Below, in pieces: positions 37,229 through 47,562 of a stretch of DNA of 64,000 bases (position 1 is the stretch's first letter; every line of letters starts with the position of its first letter). The stretch spans positions 4,256,001-4,320,000 of the forward strand of contig OZ220696.1 of NCBI GenBank assembly GCA_965116495.1. Direction: 5' to 3'. Origin of the DNA: Gammaproteobacteria bacterium (GTDB lineage: Bacteria > Pseudomonadota > Gammaproteobacteria > Eutrophobiales > Eutrophobiaceae). Under the pieces are notes generated by a model that was given only the letters and a program-made list of their open reading frames with translations, was not told where the DNA came from and did not search any database. The translations under genes were made by a program, and so were the position numbers.

Positions 37229-38623
37229 ATGGCTAAACACTTCTTTTTGACCGCGGGCAGCGTGGTATCCCGCTCAGGCATGGCGCTGATCACGGCCCTG
37301 CTTTATCTGGGTTCCGCCCAGGCAGCCCTGCCCCGGGCAGTGGGTGGACAGGAAGTACCCAGTCTTGCCCCGATGCTGGAAGAGGTAACGCCGACCGTCG
37401 TTAATATCGCCACCGAAGGCCGGGTAAAGGTACGCCAGAATCCGTTATTCTCCGATCCGTTTTTCCGGCGCTTTTTCAATGTGCCGGACCAGCCCCAGGA
37501 AAGAAAAACCCAGAGTCTCGGTTCCGGGGTTATCGTCGATGCCGAACGCGGCCTGGTGCTGACCAACAATCACGTGATCGCCAATGCCGTGCAGGTCACC
37601 GTGACGTTGCGCGACGGGCGTCACCTGGACGCAGAGATTGTCGGTTCCGACCCGGGAACGGACGTGGCCGTCATCAAGGTGCCGGCGGAAAAGCTGACTG
37701 ATATCGGGGTTGCCGACTCGGACGACTTGCGGGTCGGCGATTTCGTGGTGGCCATAGGCAACCCGTTCGGCCTGGGGCAGACGGTCACTTCCGGGATAGT
37801 CAGTGCGCTCAGCCGCAGCGGCCTGGGAATCGAAGGTTACGAGGACTTTATCCAGACGGACGCCTCCATCAACCCCGGCAATTCGGGTGGCGCCCTGGTG
37901 AACCTGGAAGGGGAACTGGTGGGCATCAACACGGCCATATTTTCACGCGGTGGAGGCAATATCGGCATCGGTTTCGCAATTCCCATAAATCTCGCCCTGC
38001 AGATCATGGAGCAACTGCTTGACAAGGGGATGGTGGAACGGGGCTTCATCGGCGTCCAGGTGCAGAATTTAAATCCCGACCTGGCTGAGGCATTCGGGAT
38101 AAAAAACCAGAAAGGCGCGATAGTAAACAGTGTATTGCCCGATTCGCCGGCAGAAGAGGCGGGTCTGCTGCCCGGAGATATCATTACAAGCATTAATTCA
38201 AAGCCGGTGAAAGCCGCCTCCGACGTCAAGAATCATATTGGTTTATTGCCTGTGGGCGAACAGGTGATGTTCGAAGTCCTGCGGGACGGAGAAAGGATGA
38301 CGATGAAAGCCGGGGTGGCTGCCAGCAAGGAGTTGATACTCTCCCAGAGGACACTTGACAAGCGGCTTGAGGGCATAACACTGGGTGATATTGAAGAAGG
38401 TCATCCTTATCACAGCAAAATCAAGGGGGTGATAATCACGGAAATCCAGCGTGGGTCCCGTGGCTGGTCCGCCGGCCTGAGAAAGGGCGATATCATTACA
38501 TCGGTCAACCACAATCCTGTTACCGACCTGCGGGTCTTTTTGCAACTGGTTGATGACATCAAGAATGCCTTGCTGTTCAGGGTAATCAGGGGTGACGCCG
38601 CCGCCTTCCTCGTTATTAAATAA
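37229..38623 (+). CDS. degQ: Periplasmic serine endoprotease DegQ/DegP
   Basis: Signal peptide, TNNHV, TDVAV, DASINPGNSGG and two PDZ domains. Confidence 0.93.
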   Translation: MAKHFFLTAGSVVSRSGMALITALLYLGSAQAALPRAVGGQEVPSLAPMLEEVTPTVVNIATEGRVKVRQNPLFSDPFFRRFFNVPDQPQERKTQSLGSGVIVDAERGLVLTNNHVIANAVQVTVTLRDGRHLDAEIVGSDPGTDVAVIKVPAEKLTDIGVADSDDLRVGDFVVAIGNPFGLGQTVTSGIVSALSRSGLGIEGYEDFIQTDASINPGNSGGALVNLEGELVGINTAIFSRGGGNIGIGFAIPINLALQIMEQLLDKGMVERGFIGVQVQNLNPDLAEAFGIKNQKGAIVNSVLPDSPAEEAGLLPGDIITSINSKPVKAASDVKNHIGLLPVGEQVMFEVLRDGERMTMKAGVAASKELILSQRTLDKRLEGITLGDIEEGHPYHSKIKGVIITEIQRGSRGWSAGLRKGDIITSVNHNPVTDLRVFLQLVDDIKNALLFRVIRGDAAAFLVIK

Positions 38624-38798
38624 GAATTAGGAATTACGAATTAGGAATGAATGTGCCGCCTATGGCGACGGTTTTTCAATGATTCGCATCTATTGGCGAG
38701 CAATATCAAGCCACATAGGAACGTAAGACCTCCAATTCTTAATTCCTAATTGCTAATTCCTAATTCCTAATTCTTAATTCTTAATTCTTAATTAATTC
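38624..38798. repeat. Inverted pair of GAATTAG-type heptamer tandem arrays
   Basis: GAATTAG GAATTAC GAATTAG at 38624-38644; a run of reverse-complement (C/T)TAATTC units at 38733-38798. Confidence 0.85.
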
Positions 38799-39713
38799 CC
38801 GCCTGCCGGGGATGTCGCAGTGCCGGATCATCCGGCTGACCAGTTGCGCCAGTTGTTTTTTCGGGTAGGTATTGCGCCAGGCCAGGGCGACATCCCGTTC
38901 GGGTACGGGGTTTGCGAACGGCCGGTATTCAACCAGCTGGCCAAGCTCGTCGTGCTCCCGTATCGCGGTGGACGGCAGTATGGTGATGCCTGAACCGGTT
39001 GCCACCATCTGTTTGATTGTTTCTATCGAACTGCCTTCCAGGGTCTGTTGTATTTTGTCCTTGGAAAAAGTATCGCTTTTGCAGGCCGGACAGACGTCCA
39101 TGACCTGGTCCCTGAAACAATTGCCCGACTTCAGCAACAGCAGGGTTTCCTCGATCAGGTCGTTCGCCTTGATCTGTTTCTTGTCCGACAGCCAGTGGTT
39201 TTTCGGCAGCATGACCGTGAACGGTTCCTTGTACAATACTTCCAGTGTTGTTCCCGGCTGTTCAAACGGCGTGGAGATGATCATCATGTCGAGTTCGCCG
39301 CGTTTAAGTTGTCCGGCGAGATTCAGCGTGAAATTCTCTTCGATGATGAGCGTCAGGTCGGGAGCCTCCCGGTTGAGCAGGGGAATGAGGTGCGGCAGGA
39401 GAAACGGTCCGATTGTGTAGATGACGCCCAGTTTCAGCGCACCCTTCAACTGGTCTTTCTCCGTCCCGGCGACGGTCTTGATGGCGTTTACCTGCTCCAG
39501 CACGGTAATTGCCTGCTCAACGATACGCCGGCCTATCGGGGTAATCGTGACGTCATGGGGGCGCCGTTCAAAAATTGTCACGTCAAGTTCTTCTTCCAGT
39601 TTCTTGATGGCCACGCTGAGTGTCGGTTGGCTGACGAAACAGGCGGCGGCGGCCCGGCCGAAGTGCAGTTCGCGGGATACCGCGACGATATAGCGTAGCT
39701 CGGTTAAGGTCAT
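38781..39713 (-). CDS. oxyR: LysR-family peroxide sensor OxyR
   Basis: HFGRAAAACFVSQPTLS HTH; GNCFRDQVMDVC redox Cys pair; GSSIETI. Confidence 0.9.
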   Translation of the reverse strand: MTLTELRYIVAVSRELHFGRAAAACFVSQPTLSVAIKKLEEELDVTIFERRPHDVTITPIGRRIVEQAITVLEQVNAIKTVAGTEKDQLKGALKLGVIYTIGPFLLPHLIPLLNREAPDLTLIIEENFTLNLAGQLKRGELDMMIISTPFEQPGTTLEVLYKEPFTVMLPKNHWLSDKKQIKANDLIEETLLLLKSGNCFRDQVMDVCPACKSDTFSKDKIQQTLEGSSIETIKQMVATGSGITILPSTAIREHDELGQLVEYRPFANPVPERDVALAWRNTYPKKQLAQLVSRMIRHCDIPGRRELIKN

Positions 39714-39723
39714 GGGTACGGCT

Positions 39724-40527
39724 TCAGCGGGTAAGTGAGGCTTTCGCCCGGTCGAAAGGGAATTGCCCGACCCCGGATGGTGAAGAATGAAGCGTTTTCA
39801 GTAAGGCAAGGTCGACATAATTGCGGTCGAACGACTCGCCTGCCGACATCCAGAAGGGATTGCCGGGTTCCCCCAGGTGGTTTATAACCAGTGATGCGCC
39901 GGCGAAATCATTATCGATAGTCAGGGGATGCGTCGTGATAATCGTCTTTATTCCCGCCGCAAGCGCGGCAAGATTACCGTTCGTCGTATCTTCTATTGCG
40001 ATACAGCTTTCCCCCTTGAAGTCCAGTTTTTCCAGTGTGTGTTCATACACTGCCGGAGAGGGTTTCTTGTCTGCAACGAGATCGCAGGTGACTACGGTTG
40101 CAAAAAGTTCCCTGCCATAGTTCCCGAACGCACTGTGCAGCAGGGTATTGGCGTTTTCCGCCGAAGAGCTTGTCGCGATTGCCAGTTTCAGATCGGCCTG
40201 TCTGCATTCCCTGATCAGCCGGCGGATGCCCGGGCGTAACTCGATGTTGCTCTCCACCAGTATTTCCCTGTACAGGACCGATTTTCTCTGGTGCACGGTG
40301 TCCGTAGTCCGGTGCAATCCGTCATCAGCCATGCCGGAGCGGCGCAGGCAATGGTAAATTCGTTCCTTGCCGCCGGAAATGGATAGCAGTTGTTTGTACT
40401 CGCGGCGCGACCAGTTCAGGGGGCAACCGCACTCCTCAAACGCAAGATTAAAGGCCTGGCGATGCAACTCTTCCGTGTCGGCAAGGGTCCCGTCCATGTC
40501 AAAGATAATTGCCTTGAGTTCGCTTAT
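39724..40527 (-). CDS. HAD-IA hydrolase (CbbY-like); apparent ATA start
   Basis: IIFDMDGTLADTE..HRQAFN, GGKER, KKPSP, IEDT. The in-frame extension upstream of ATG 40497 is needed to complete the DxD motif. Confidence 0.8.
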   Translation of the reverse strand: MSELKAIIFDMDGTLADTEELHRQAFNLAFEECGCPLNWSRREYKQLLSISGGKERIYHCLRRSGMADDGLHRTTDTVHQRKSVLYREILVESNIELRPGIRRLIRECRQADLKLAIATSSSAENANTLLHSAFGNYGRELFATVVTCDLVADKKPSPAVYEHTLEKLDFKGESCIAIEDTTNGNLAALAAGIKTIITTHPLTIDNDFAGASLVINHLGEPGNPFWMSAGESFDRNYVDLALLKTLHSSPSGVGQFPFDRAKASLTR

Positions 40528-40539
40528 CGCCTGTCTCCA

Positions 40540-42192
40540 TCAAATATTGTCCGGGCCCGATTCGCCACCTGTATCATGTTTCCGGATGAGATTGTACGCA
40601 GCCTGCCGCGCCTCATCAAGCGTGTCGACGAGATGACCCTGCGGAACCTGTCCCAGGATATTAAGGGTGCGGAGAGTCTCTTCGATGGTGTCCGAGAGAC
40701 CCGCCACGAGGATTTCGGTGTGTTTTTCCGAGGCCGCGCTCAGGAGACTCTCCACGACCATGGCGGCGCTGTCGTCAAGGTACGTGGTTTCAGAGAAATC
40801 AAAGATGACGAGCTCATGGTCTTTGATATCTCCGCCGATTACTTCAACCAGCCTCCTGGAGGATGCAACGGTGAAACTGCCCCTGAGCGCCACCAGGCCG
40901 ACCCGGGCCGAGTAGGGGTCAGTCACGGCCATATCCTTGTATTCCGAGAAAAACGTCCGGTCCAGCAGCGGCACGGAAATCACGCTGTCGAGTTCCAGGG
41001 ATTCCAACTGTTGTGCGTGCGTCATCCCCGCAGCAATAAGGCCTATTGCCACAGCGGTGACCAGGTCGACGAACACGGTCAGGGACAGTGTCAGCAGCAT
41101 GACGATCAGGTGTTCCGGCCTTATGCGGTGGACCAGGGTCAAAATACGCCAGTCAATGATGTCCCAACCAATTTTTACCAGGATACCCGCGAGGACGGCA
41201 TGGGGAATCGGTTCCACATACTGACCCATGCCAAGCAACAACATCAGCAGGAGTACGGAACGCAACGCACCCGATAGGGGAGAATTACCCCCGGCGCGTA
41301 TGTTGGTTACGGTGCCCATGGTTGCTCCTGCTCCCGGCAACCCTCCGAACAGGCCCGCAACCATGTTGCCCAGGCCCTGGCCCACCAGTTCCCGGTTCGG
41401 TTTATGCTGCTCACCGGTGAGCGAATCGGCGATCAGGGAAGTGAGCAGGCTGTCCACGGAACCGAGCAGGGCAAGGATAATTGCAGGCTCCACCGCACTG
41501 GCCAGGAAATCGACTGATGGCGCGGTGAATTGCAATTCCGGCAGTCCCATGGGTATTTGCCCGATAACCGGGGCATCAGTCAGCCACAGCACGCCCAACA
41601 ATGTGCCGGCGATTAATGACACAAGGGGAAAGGGTATATACCTGCCCAGCCGGCGCGGCCAGAACGCACCGATGGCCAGACTGACACTGGCGATGACAAC
41701 AGCGCTGGTATTGATATCAGCCAATGCATCGGGCAGGGCGTTCAGCGCGCCCATGGGTCCGTACGGAGAGGTAGGCGCACCCAGGAAAGGCAGAAGCTGT
41801 ATCAGGATGATAATAATACCGATACCGGACATAAACCCGGAGATAACCACGTAAGGGGTATACGCTACGAAACGGCCGAGTTTGGATATACCCAGCAGCA
41901 CCTGCAGCAGGCCGGCCATGACAACCACGACCAGAGCTTCGCCCAGGGTGGACGCATGGGTGGTTACAATGACAGCCATCGCCACCGTCATCGAAGGGGT
42001 GGGCCCCGATATCTGTGAACGGGTGCCACCAAACACCGAGGCAAAAAACCCGACCGCGATGGCGCCGTAAATACCGGCTGCAGCCCCCAGGCCCGACGCC
42101 ACGCCGAACGCCAGCGCGACCGGCAGCGCGACAATTGCCGATGTGATACCGCCGATGATATCTCCGCGAAATGCTTGGAAATTGTAGTTCAT
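40540..42192 (-). CDS. SulP-family anion (sulfate/bicarbonate) transporter with STAS domain
   Basis: GDIIGGIT..VALPVALAFG, QISGPT, NRELVGQGLGN; STAS motif DFSETTYLDDSA. Confidence 0.92.
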   Translation of the reverse strand: MNYNFQAFRGDIIGGITSAIVALPVALAFGVASGLGAAAGIYGAIAVGFFASVFGGTRSQISGPTPSMTVAMAVIVTTHASTLGEALVVVVMAGLLQVLLGISKLGRFVAYTPYVVISGFMSGIGIIIILIQLLPFLGAPTSPYGPMGALNALPDALADINTSAVVIASVSLAIGAFWPRRLGRYIPFPLVSLIAGTLLGVLWLTDAPVIGQIPMGLPELQFTAPSVDFLASAVEPAIILALLGSVDSLLTSLIADSLTGEQHKPNRELVGQGLGNMVAGLFGGLPGAGATMGTVTNIRAGGNSPLSGALRSVLLLMLLLGMGQYVEPIPHAVLAGILVKIGWDIIDWRILTLVHRIRPEHLIVMLLTLSLTVFVDLVTAVAIGLIAAGMTHAQQLESLELDSVISVPLLDRTFFSEYKDMAVTDPYSARVGLVALRGSFTVASSRRLVEVIGGDIKDHELVIFDFSETTYLDDSAAMVVESLLSAASEKHTEILVAGLSDTIEETLRTLNILGQVPQGHLVDTLDEARQAAYNLIRKHDTGGESGPDNI

Positions 42193-42226
42193 GGGAGTGG
42201 AATCCATTCGAGAAATAAACCTTTAT

Positions 42227-43756
42227 TTATATCCGTGCGCTTGCTTTGTTTCTGATTATTATTTCCTGCCACTGTGCCGGGCCGGTGTGATGGACGGAAT
42301 TACCTCCGACGTCCACGGCAACGGTAACGGGCATGTCCTTTACCTCGAATTCATGGATGGCTTCCATGCCCATCTCAGCGAATGCAACCACCCTGGAACC
42401 GGTTATAGCCCTGGATACCAGGTAGGCGGCGCCGCCGACGGCCGTCAGGTAGACCGCTCCGTGTTTCTTTATGGCTGCCAGTCCTTCCGGGCCGCGTTCC
42501 GCCTTGCCGATCATGCCGATCATGCCTGTTCTCTCCAGCATCAGGTCGGTGAATTTATCCATCCTGGTTGCCGTGGTGGGTCCTGCCGGGCCGACAACTT
42601 CATCCCTGACCGCATCGACCGGACCCACGTAGTAGATGAAACGATCGGTAAAATCTACCCCCTCCGGGAGCGGTTCCCCCTGCAGCAGCAGGCTGTTCAA
42701 ACGCTTGTGTGCGGCATCCCTGCCGGTCAGTAATTTGCCGCTGAGCAGCAGGGTTTCGCCGGGGCGCCAGGCGGCCAGGTCATCCCGGCTGAGCGTGTCC
42801 AGGTTGACGCGCCGGGAGCCGGGGCCGGCTTCCCAGCTTATTTCCGGCCAGTCATCCAGGCTGGGGGGCGTCTGCAGGGCAGGACCGCTGCCGTCCAGGA
42901 TGAAATGCGTATGACGGGTGGCGGCACAGTTGGGAATCAGGCCCACGGGCAGGGACGCGGCATGGGTGGGATAATCGATGATCTTCACGTCCAGCACCGT
43001 GGTCAGGCCGCCCAGGCCCTGCGCGCCTATCCCCAGGTCGTTTACCCGGTCGAATATTTCCAGGCGTAATTCCTCCAGTTTCGATTGCGGGCCCCGTTGT
43101 TTCAGTTCCTGGATATCTATCGGATCCAGCAGCGCCTCCTTTGCCAGCACCACCGCTTTCTCCGCCGTGCCGCCGATACCGATACCCAGGATCCCCGGCG
43201 GGCACCAGCCGGCGCCCAGGGTCGGCACCACGTCCACGACCCAGTCCGAGATACTGTCGCTGGGGTTGAGCATCGCCATTTTAGCCTTGTTTTCGGATCC
43301 GCCGCCCTTGGCCGCAAGCTGGACCTCTACCTTGTCGCCCGGCACCACCTCCATGTGGATGACCGCCGGCGTGTTATCGCCGGTATTTTTGCGCGAGCCG
43401 GCAGGTTCCGCCATAATGGAGGGCCGCAAAATGTTATCGGGGTGGGTGTAGGCGCGCCTGACGCCTTCATTGACCATATCGGCGACACTCATCCTAGTAT
43501 CATCCCAGCGCACATCCATGCCGATTTTAACGAATACCGTGACAATTCCGGTATCCTGGCAGATTGGCCGGCGCCCTTCCGCGCACATCCTGGAATTGAC
43601 CAGTATCTGCGCCAGCGCATCCCTGGCTGCCGGGGATTCTTCCCGCTGCCAGGCAGCGTGTACTGCGGCCACAAAATCCTGCGGGTGGTAGTAGGATATG
43701 AACTGCAACGCATCAGCGACGCTGTCGATCAGGTCATCAGCTTTGATTGTGGTCAT
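42227..43756 (-). CDS. Class I fumarate hydratase (Fe-S)
   Basis: RPICQDTG, KGGGSEN, GWCPPG, CAATRH, GPTTATRM. Confidence 0.95.
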   Translation of the reverse strand: MTTIKADDLIDSVADALQFISYYHPQDFVAAVHAAWQREESPAARDALAQILVNSRMCAEGRRPICQDTGIVTVFVKIGMDVRWDDTRMSVADMVNEGVRRAYTHPDNILRPSIMAEPAGSRKNTGDNTPAVIHMEVVPGDKVEVQLAAKGGGSENKAKMAMLNPSDSISDWVVDVVPTLGAGWCPPGILGIGIGGTAEKAVVLAKEALLDPIDIQELKQRGPQSKLEELRLEIFDRVNDLGIGAQGLGGLTTVLDVKIIDYPTHAASLPVGLIPNCAATRHTHFILDGSGPALQTPPSLDDWPEISWEAGPGSRRVNLDTLSRDDLAAWRPGETLLLSGKLLTGRDAAHKRLNSLLLQGEPLPEGVDFTDRFIYYVGPVDAVRDEVVGPAGPTTATRMDKFTDLMLERTGMIGMIGKAERGPEGLAAIKKHGAVYLTAVGGAAYLVSRAITGSRVVAFAEMGMEAIHEFEVKDMPVTVAVDVGGNSVHHTGPAQWQEIIIRNKASARI

Positions 43757-43839
43757 GGAAATACTTCGTTTGCCCGCTCGGGGTATAGTAATAGTATAAC
43801 GCAAGCCTTGAAGATGCGAGTAGTCATACGAGTGGTCAT

Positions 43840-45156
43840 ATGCTTCCTCAGGAAATTATCAGAAAGAAACGTAACGGCGAGGCGCTTGATGCGGCTGAGA
43901 TTCTGTTTTTCGTCGATGGCCTGAGTGACGGTTCCATCTCGCCTGAGCAGGTTTCGGCGTTGGCCATGGCCGTTTATTTTCAGTCCATGGATGCTGCTGA
44001 GACCGCTGAACTGACCCGCGCGATGGCGCATTCCGGGAGCATCATTAACTGGGCCGGGGAGGGGATTGCAGGACGGGTGGTCGATAAACATTCGACGGGC
44101 GGGGTGGGGGACAAGGTCAGCCTGGTGCTGGCGCCCATGGTCGCCGCCTGTGGCGCCTATGTGCCGATGGTTTCCGGGCGCGGGCTGGGGCATACCGGCG
44201 GCACCCTGGATAAGCTGGACAGCATTCCCGGCTATGACAGTGCGCCGGGGTTGGAAACATTCAAACGGGTGGTTGCTTCGGTCGGTTGCGCAATCATCGG
44301 CCAGACACCGGAACTGGCGCCGGCGGACCGGCGCTTTTATGCTATCCGGGACGTGACCGCGACCGTGGAATCCGTACCGTTGATTACCGCATCGATCCTG
44401 TCCAAGAAGATGTCCGCCGGTCTTGCCGGCCTGGTCATGGATATAAAGACCGGCAGCGGCGCGTTCATGCAGACTGAGGAGGATGCACAGGCGTTGGCGG
44501 GATCCATAAGGAGTACCGCGACCGCAGCCGGTTTGCTCGTGCAGGCCGTGATTACCGATATGTCGGAGGTGTTGGGGCACAGCGCCGGCAATGCTCTTGA
44601 GGTGCGCGAGACGCTGGAGTATCTGACTGGCGTACAGCGCGACCCGCGCTTGCATGAGGTGACCCTGGCGCTGGGCGCGGAGATGCTGGTCCTGGCAGGG
44701 GTGGAGCAAGACCGTCAGGCGGCGCGGGACAACTTGCAGGCAAAACTGGATGCAGGGCAGGCTGCCCGGGTGTTTGCCGACATGGCGCGCGCGCTGGGTG
44801 GACCGCCTGACCTCATCGAACGCATGGATTACTACCTGCCGCCCGCGCCCGTGGTCAAACCGGTGTTTCACAGGCACGAAGGATACGTTGCCGCTATCGA
44901 CGTGCGCCAGGTGGGTAACCTGGTGGTTGCCCTGGGCGGTGGCCGGCGCCGGGTTGAAGAGGCCATTGACCAACGCGTTGGTTTGACCGATATCGCCGGT
45001 ATCGGCGCGCGCATCGACTCACACACGCCCATCGCCATGGTGCATACTCGCGATGAAACTGGCGCTGAACTGGCCCGGGAGGCCTTGGCGCAGGCCTTCG
45101 TGCTGGCCGGGGGAAAGCCTTTGTCCAAACCCGTTGTCAAAAAATATTTTGATTAA
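43840..45156 (+). CDS. deoA: Thymidine phosphorylase
   Basis: DKHSTGGVGDK, SGRGLGHTGGTLDKL, SILSKK. Confidence 0.95.
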   Translation: MLPQEIIRKKRNGEALDAAEILFFVDGLSDGSISPEQVSALAMAVYFQSMDAAETAELTRAMAHSGSIINWAGEGIAGRVVDKHSTGGVGDKVSLVLAPMVAACGAYVPMVSGRGLGHTGGTLDKLDSIPGYDSAPGLETFKRVVASVGCAIIGQTPELAPADRRFYAIRDVTATVESVPLITASILSKKMSAGLAGLVMDIKTGSGAFMQTEEDAQALAGSIRSTATAAGLLVQAVITDMSEVLGHSAGNALEVRETLEYLTGVQRDPRLHEVTLALGAEMLVLAGVEQDRQAARDNLQAKLDAGQAARVFADMARALGGPPDLIERMDYYLPPAPVVKPVFHRHEGYVAAIDVRQVGNLVVALGGGRRRVEEAIDQRVGLTDIAGIGARIDSHTPIAMVHTRDETGAELAREALAQAFVLAGGKPLSKPVVKKYFD

Positions 45157-45171
45157 ATGATAAAATATTTT

Positions 45172-45187
45172 TTGACTCTATGGTCAG
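45172..45187. promoter_or_regulatory. Putative RutR box
   Basis: TTGACTCTATGGTCAG compared with consensus TTGACCAnnTGGTCAA; lies upstream of the TonB receptor operon. Confidence 0.6.
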
Positions 45188-45355
45188 AAATTACTATAAT
45201 TACCCAGTCACCGGATTGCCGTGGCGGTAACCGGCATAATTTTGGAAGTTCTGACAAGTCCGTCCTGGACTTGTCAGGGCGAGACATCCTTGTATCGCAG
45301 GAAACTCTGGCTTAATCAGAGTTTCCTCTTCATAGTCCGTATGGAGGATAGTGAA

Positions 45356-47548
45356 ATGGGTAGCATCAAAATATCACCGGCTGGAAACGGTAGCCGTTTT
45401 TCTGTTATCTGCACGTTACTGTCCGTGGTCATGCTGATACCGGCCAAACCGGCAGTCGCCCAGGACGAGGGTAACGGCGCCGGCGTATTCGAGGAGATCG
45501 TGGTCACGGCAAGAAAGCGCGAGGAAAGCCTGGAGGAAATTCCCGTGGCGCTGACTGCGTTTACCGGTGATGACATCGCCAACCTGAACATGGGTGACCT
45601 GTATGACGTCGGCAAGAACGTGCCCAACCTGTTCATCGGCAATTTCGGCAACGGCAACCAGAACCATACCAGCGTGTTCATGCGCGGCGTCGGCACCCAG
45701 GATCACATCATCACAGTCGACTCCGCCGTAGGGTTGTACCTGGATGGCGTTTACCTGGGGCGGCAGGTAGGTTCGAACCTGGGCCTGTCCAATATCGAAC
45801 GGGTGGAAGTGGCGCGCGGCCCCCAGGGTACCTTGCATGGGCGTAACTCCATCGGCGGAGCGATCAACATCATCACTAAAAAACCTGACGGTGAGAATGA
45901 GGCCACGGTCACGCTGCAAGGGGGCACCCGGGCCCGCGGCAAGTTCGACTTCTACGGTTCCACTGCGTTATCCGACCAGGTGGCCGCCTCCGTGACCGGT
46001 TTTTACAACCGGCGCAACGGGGTGGGTGAGTTCATCAACCAGCCGCAGACGGACGTGGAACTGGGTCAGATTCGTGAAGGCGGTGTGCGCGGCATGCTCA
46101 ACTTTACGCCTTCCGAAGATTTCTCCCTGCTGTTGACCGCGGATTTCTCCGATGGCTCCCACGGCCAGACCCCCACCTATTTCAATGCGCCGCCGGGGCA
46201 GTACCCGAACGGGCTGCCCGGCAGCCTGTTTGCCGAGGACCCCGATGACAATGCTTCACCCGCGGACAATATCGTCAAGCAAACCAGCCAGGCCTACGGC
46301 TTTTCCGCTAGCGCGGACTGGAACCTCACGGATGTCTATGCGCTGAAATTCATCGGCAGTTACCGCTTCAGCGACTATACCGGCGGCACCGACCAGCAGG
46401 ACAGCCTCGGCGCGATCGTCTTCCCGGAGCGGGGTGAGGCCGACCAGTACTCGGCTGAATTGCAACTCCTTGCCGAGTTCGCCAACTGGAATTTCGTGAC
46501 CGGCGCGTATTATTTCACCGAGGACGGCGAGACGGTATCGCGCCCCTTTGAGTTGTTCCCGCCGTTTGTGACCGACGGTGAGATCAACGTGACCCAGGAC
46601 GTGGAGAGTTACGCATGGTTCGGCTCAGTGGACTATTCGGTTACCCCCTCCCTTGCCATCGGTGGCGGCCTGCGCGTCACCCATGACAGCAAGGATGCTA
46701 CCGGTGTGGCCGCGCTGTTCCAGCCGGCCATTCCGGTGGCGCGTTCCGAGGACTGGACCGAACTAAGCTGGGATGCTTCTGCGACGTACGCCATCAACGA
46801 GGACGTGAATTTTTACGTGGCGTTCTCCCGCGGCTACCAGAGCGGCGGGTTTCCGGCGCGGCCGTTCGGCGGCGATGCCACCTTCGTCTCCTTTGACCCG
46901 CAGTTCGCGCAGAATTATGAGGGTGGTTTCAAAGGCGTGCTGGCGGACCGGTTGCGCTTCGCCGCGACCGTGTTCTGGACCGATTACACGGACTTGCAAT
47001 TGCAGACCAACCGCTTCGACCCGGAGTTCGGATTTCTGACCATTACCGAGAATGCGGGTGAATCCCGTGCCTGGGGCGTGGAGGTCGAGGGTAACTTACA
47101 GTTGAATGATTACTTCAGCGTACAGACTGCGGTGGGCTACCTGGATGCGGAATTTACCGAGGTGGACCCGGCGGTAAGCGGCACCGTCAAGGGCAGCATC
47201 CCGCAGTTGACGACGGACTGGACGTTTTCCATCTCACCGGAGTTGACAATGCCCATGAACGGTGGGGCTACGCTCAGCCTGCGCCTGAATTATAATTACC
47301 GGGGCGATATGTATGGCGAGGCGAACAACGTGCCGATGAACCGGATTAGCAGCCGCGAACTGCTGGATTTCAATATCCGTTATCAACCGGCAGATCCAAG
47401 CTGGCATGTTGTGCTGTACGGTGAGAACGTCCTGAACGAGGTCTATGACACGGCATCGGGCACCTTCGGCAATCCATTTTCCATTACCTTGCGCAGCAAT
47501 GACCGGAGTGAGTTCGGGGTGCGGATTTCCAAGTCGTTTGGAGGTTAA
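45356..47548 (+). CDS. TonB-dependent receptor
   Basis: GGAGG RBS, signal peptide, EEIVVTARKREE, IERVEVARGPQGTL.GRN..GGAINI; ends SF-GG. Confidence 0.93.
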   Translation: MGSIKISPAGNGSRFSVICTLLSVVMLIPAKPAVAQDEGNGAGVFEEIVVTARKREESLEEIPVALTAFTGDDIANLNMGDLYDVGKNVPNLFIGNFGNGNQNHTSVFMRGVGTQDHIITVDSAVGLYLDGVYLGRQVGSNLGLSNIERVEVARGPQGTLHGRNSIGGAINIITKKPDGENEATVTLQGGTRARGKFDFYGSTALSDQVAASVTGFYNRRNGVGEFINQPQTDVELGQIREGGVRGMLNFTPSEDFSLLLTADFSDGSHGQTPTYFNAPPGQYPNGLPGSLFAEDPDDNASPADNIVKQTSQAYGFSASADWNLTDVYALKFIGSYRFSDYTGGTDQQDSLGAIVFPERGEADQYSAELQLLAEFANWNFVTGAYYFTEDGETVSRPFELFPPFVTDGEINVTQDVESYAWFGSVDYSVTPSLAIGGGLRVTHDSKDATGVAALFQPAIPVARSEDWTELSWDASATYAINEDVNFYVAFSRGYQSGGFPARPFGGDATFVSFDPQFAQNYEGGFKGVLADRLRFAATVFWTDYTDLQLQTNRFDPEFGFLTITENAGESRAWGVEVEGNLQLNDYFSVQTAVGYLDAEFTEVDPAVSGTVKGSIPQLTTDWTFSISPELTMPMNGGATLSLRLNYNYRGDMYGEANNVPMNRISSRELLDFNIRYQPADPSWHVVLYGENVLNEVYDTASGTFGNPFSITLRSNDRSEFGVRISKSFGG

Positions 47549-47562
47549 GCGCTGACGCCGGA

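Noticed and set aside
39724-42207. Carbon-fixation module (CbbY plus BicA-like SulP)
   Set aside because: No RuBisCO, phosphoribulokinase or carbonic anhydrase in the window; both families are widespread in heterotrophs.
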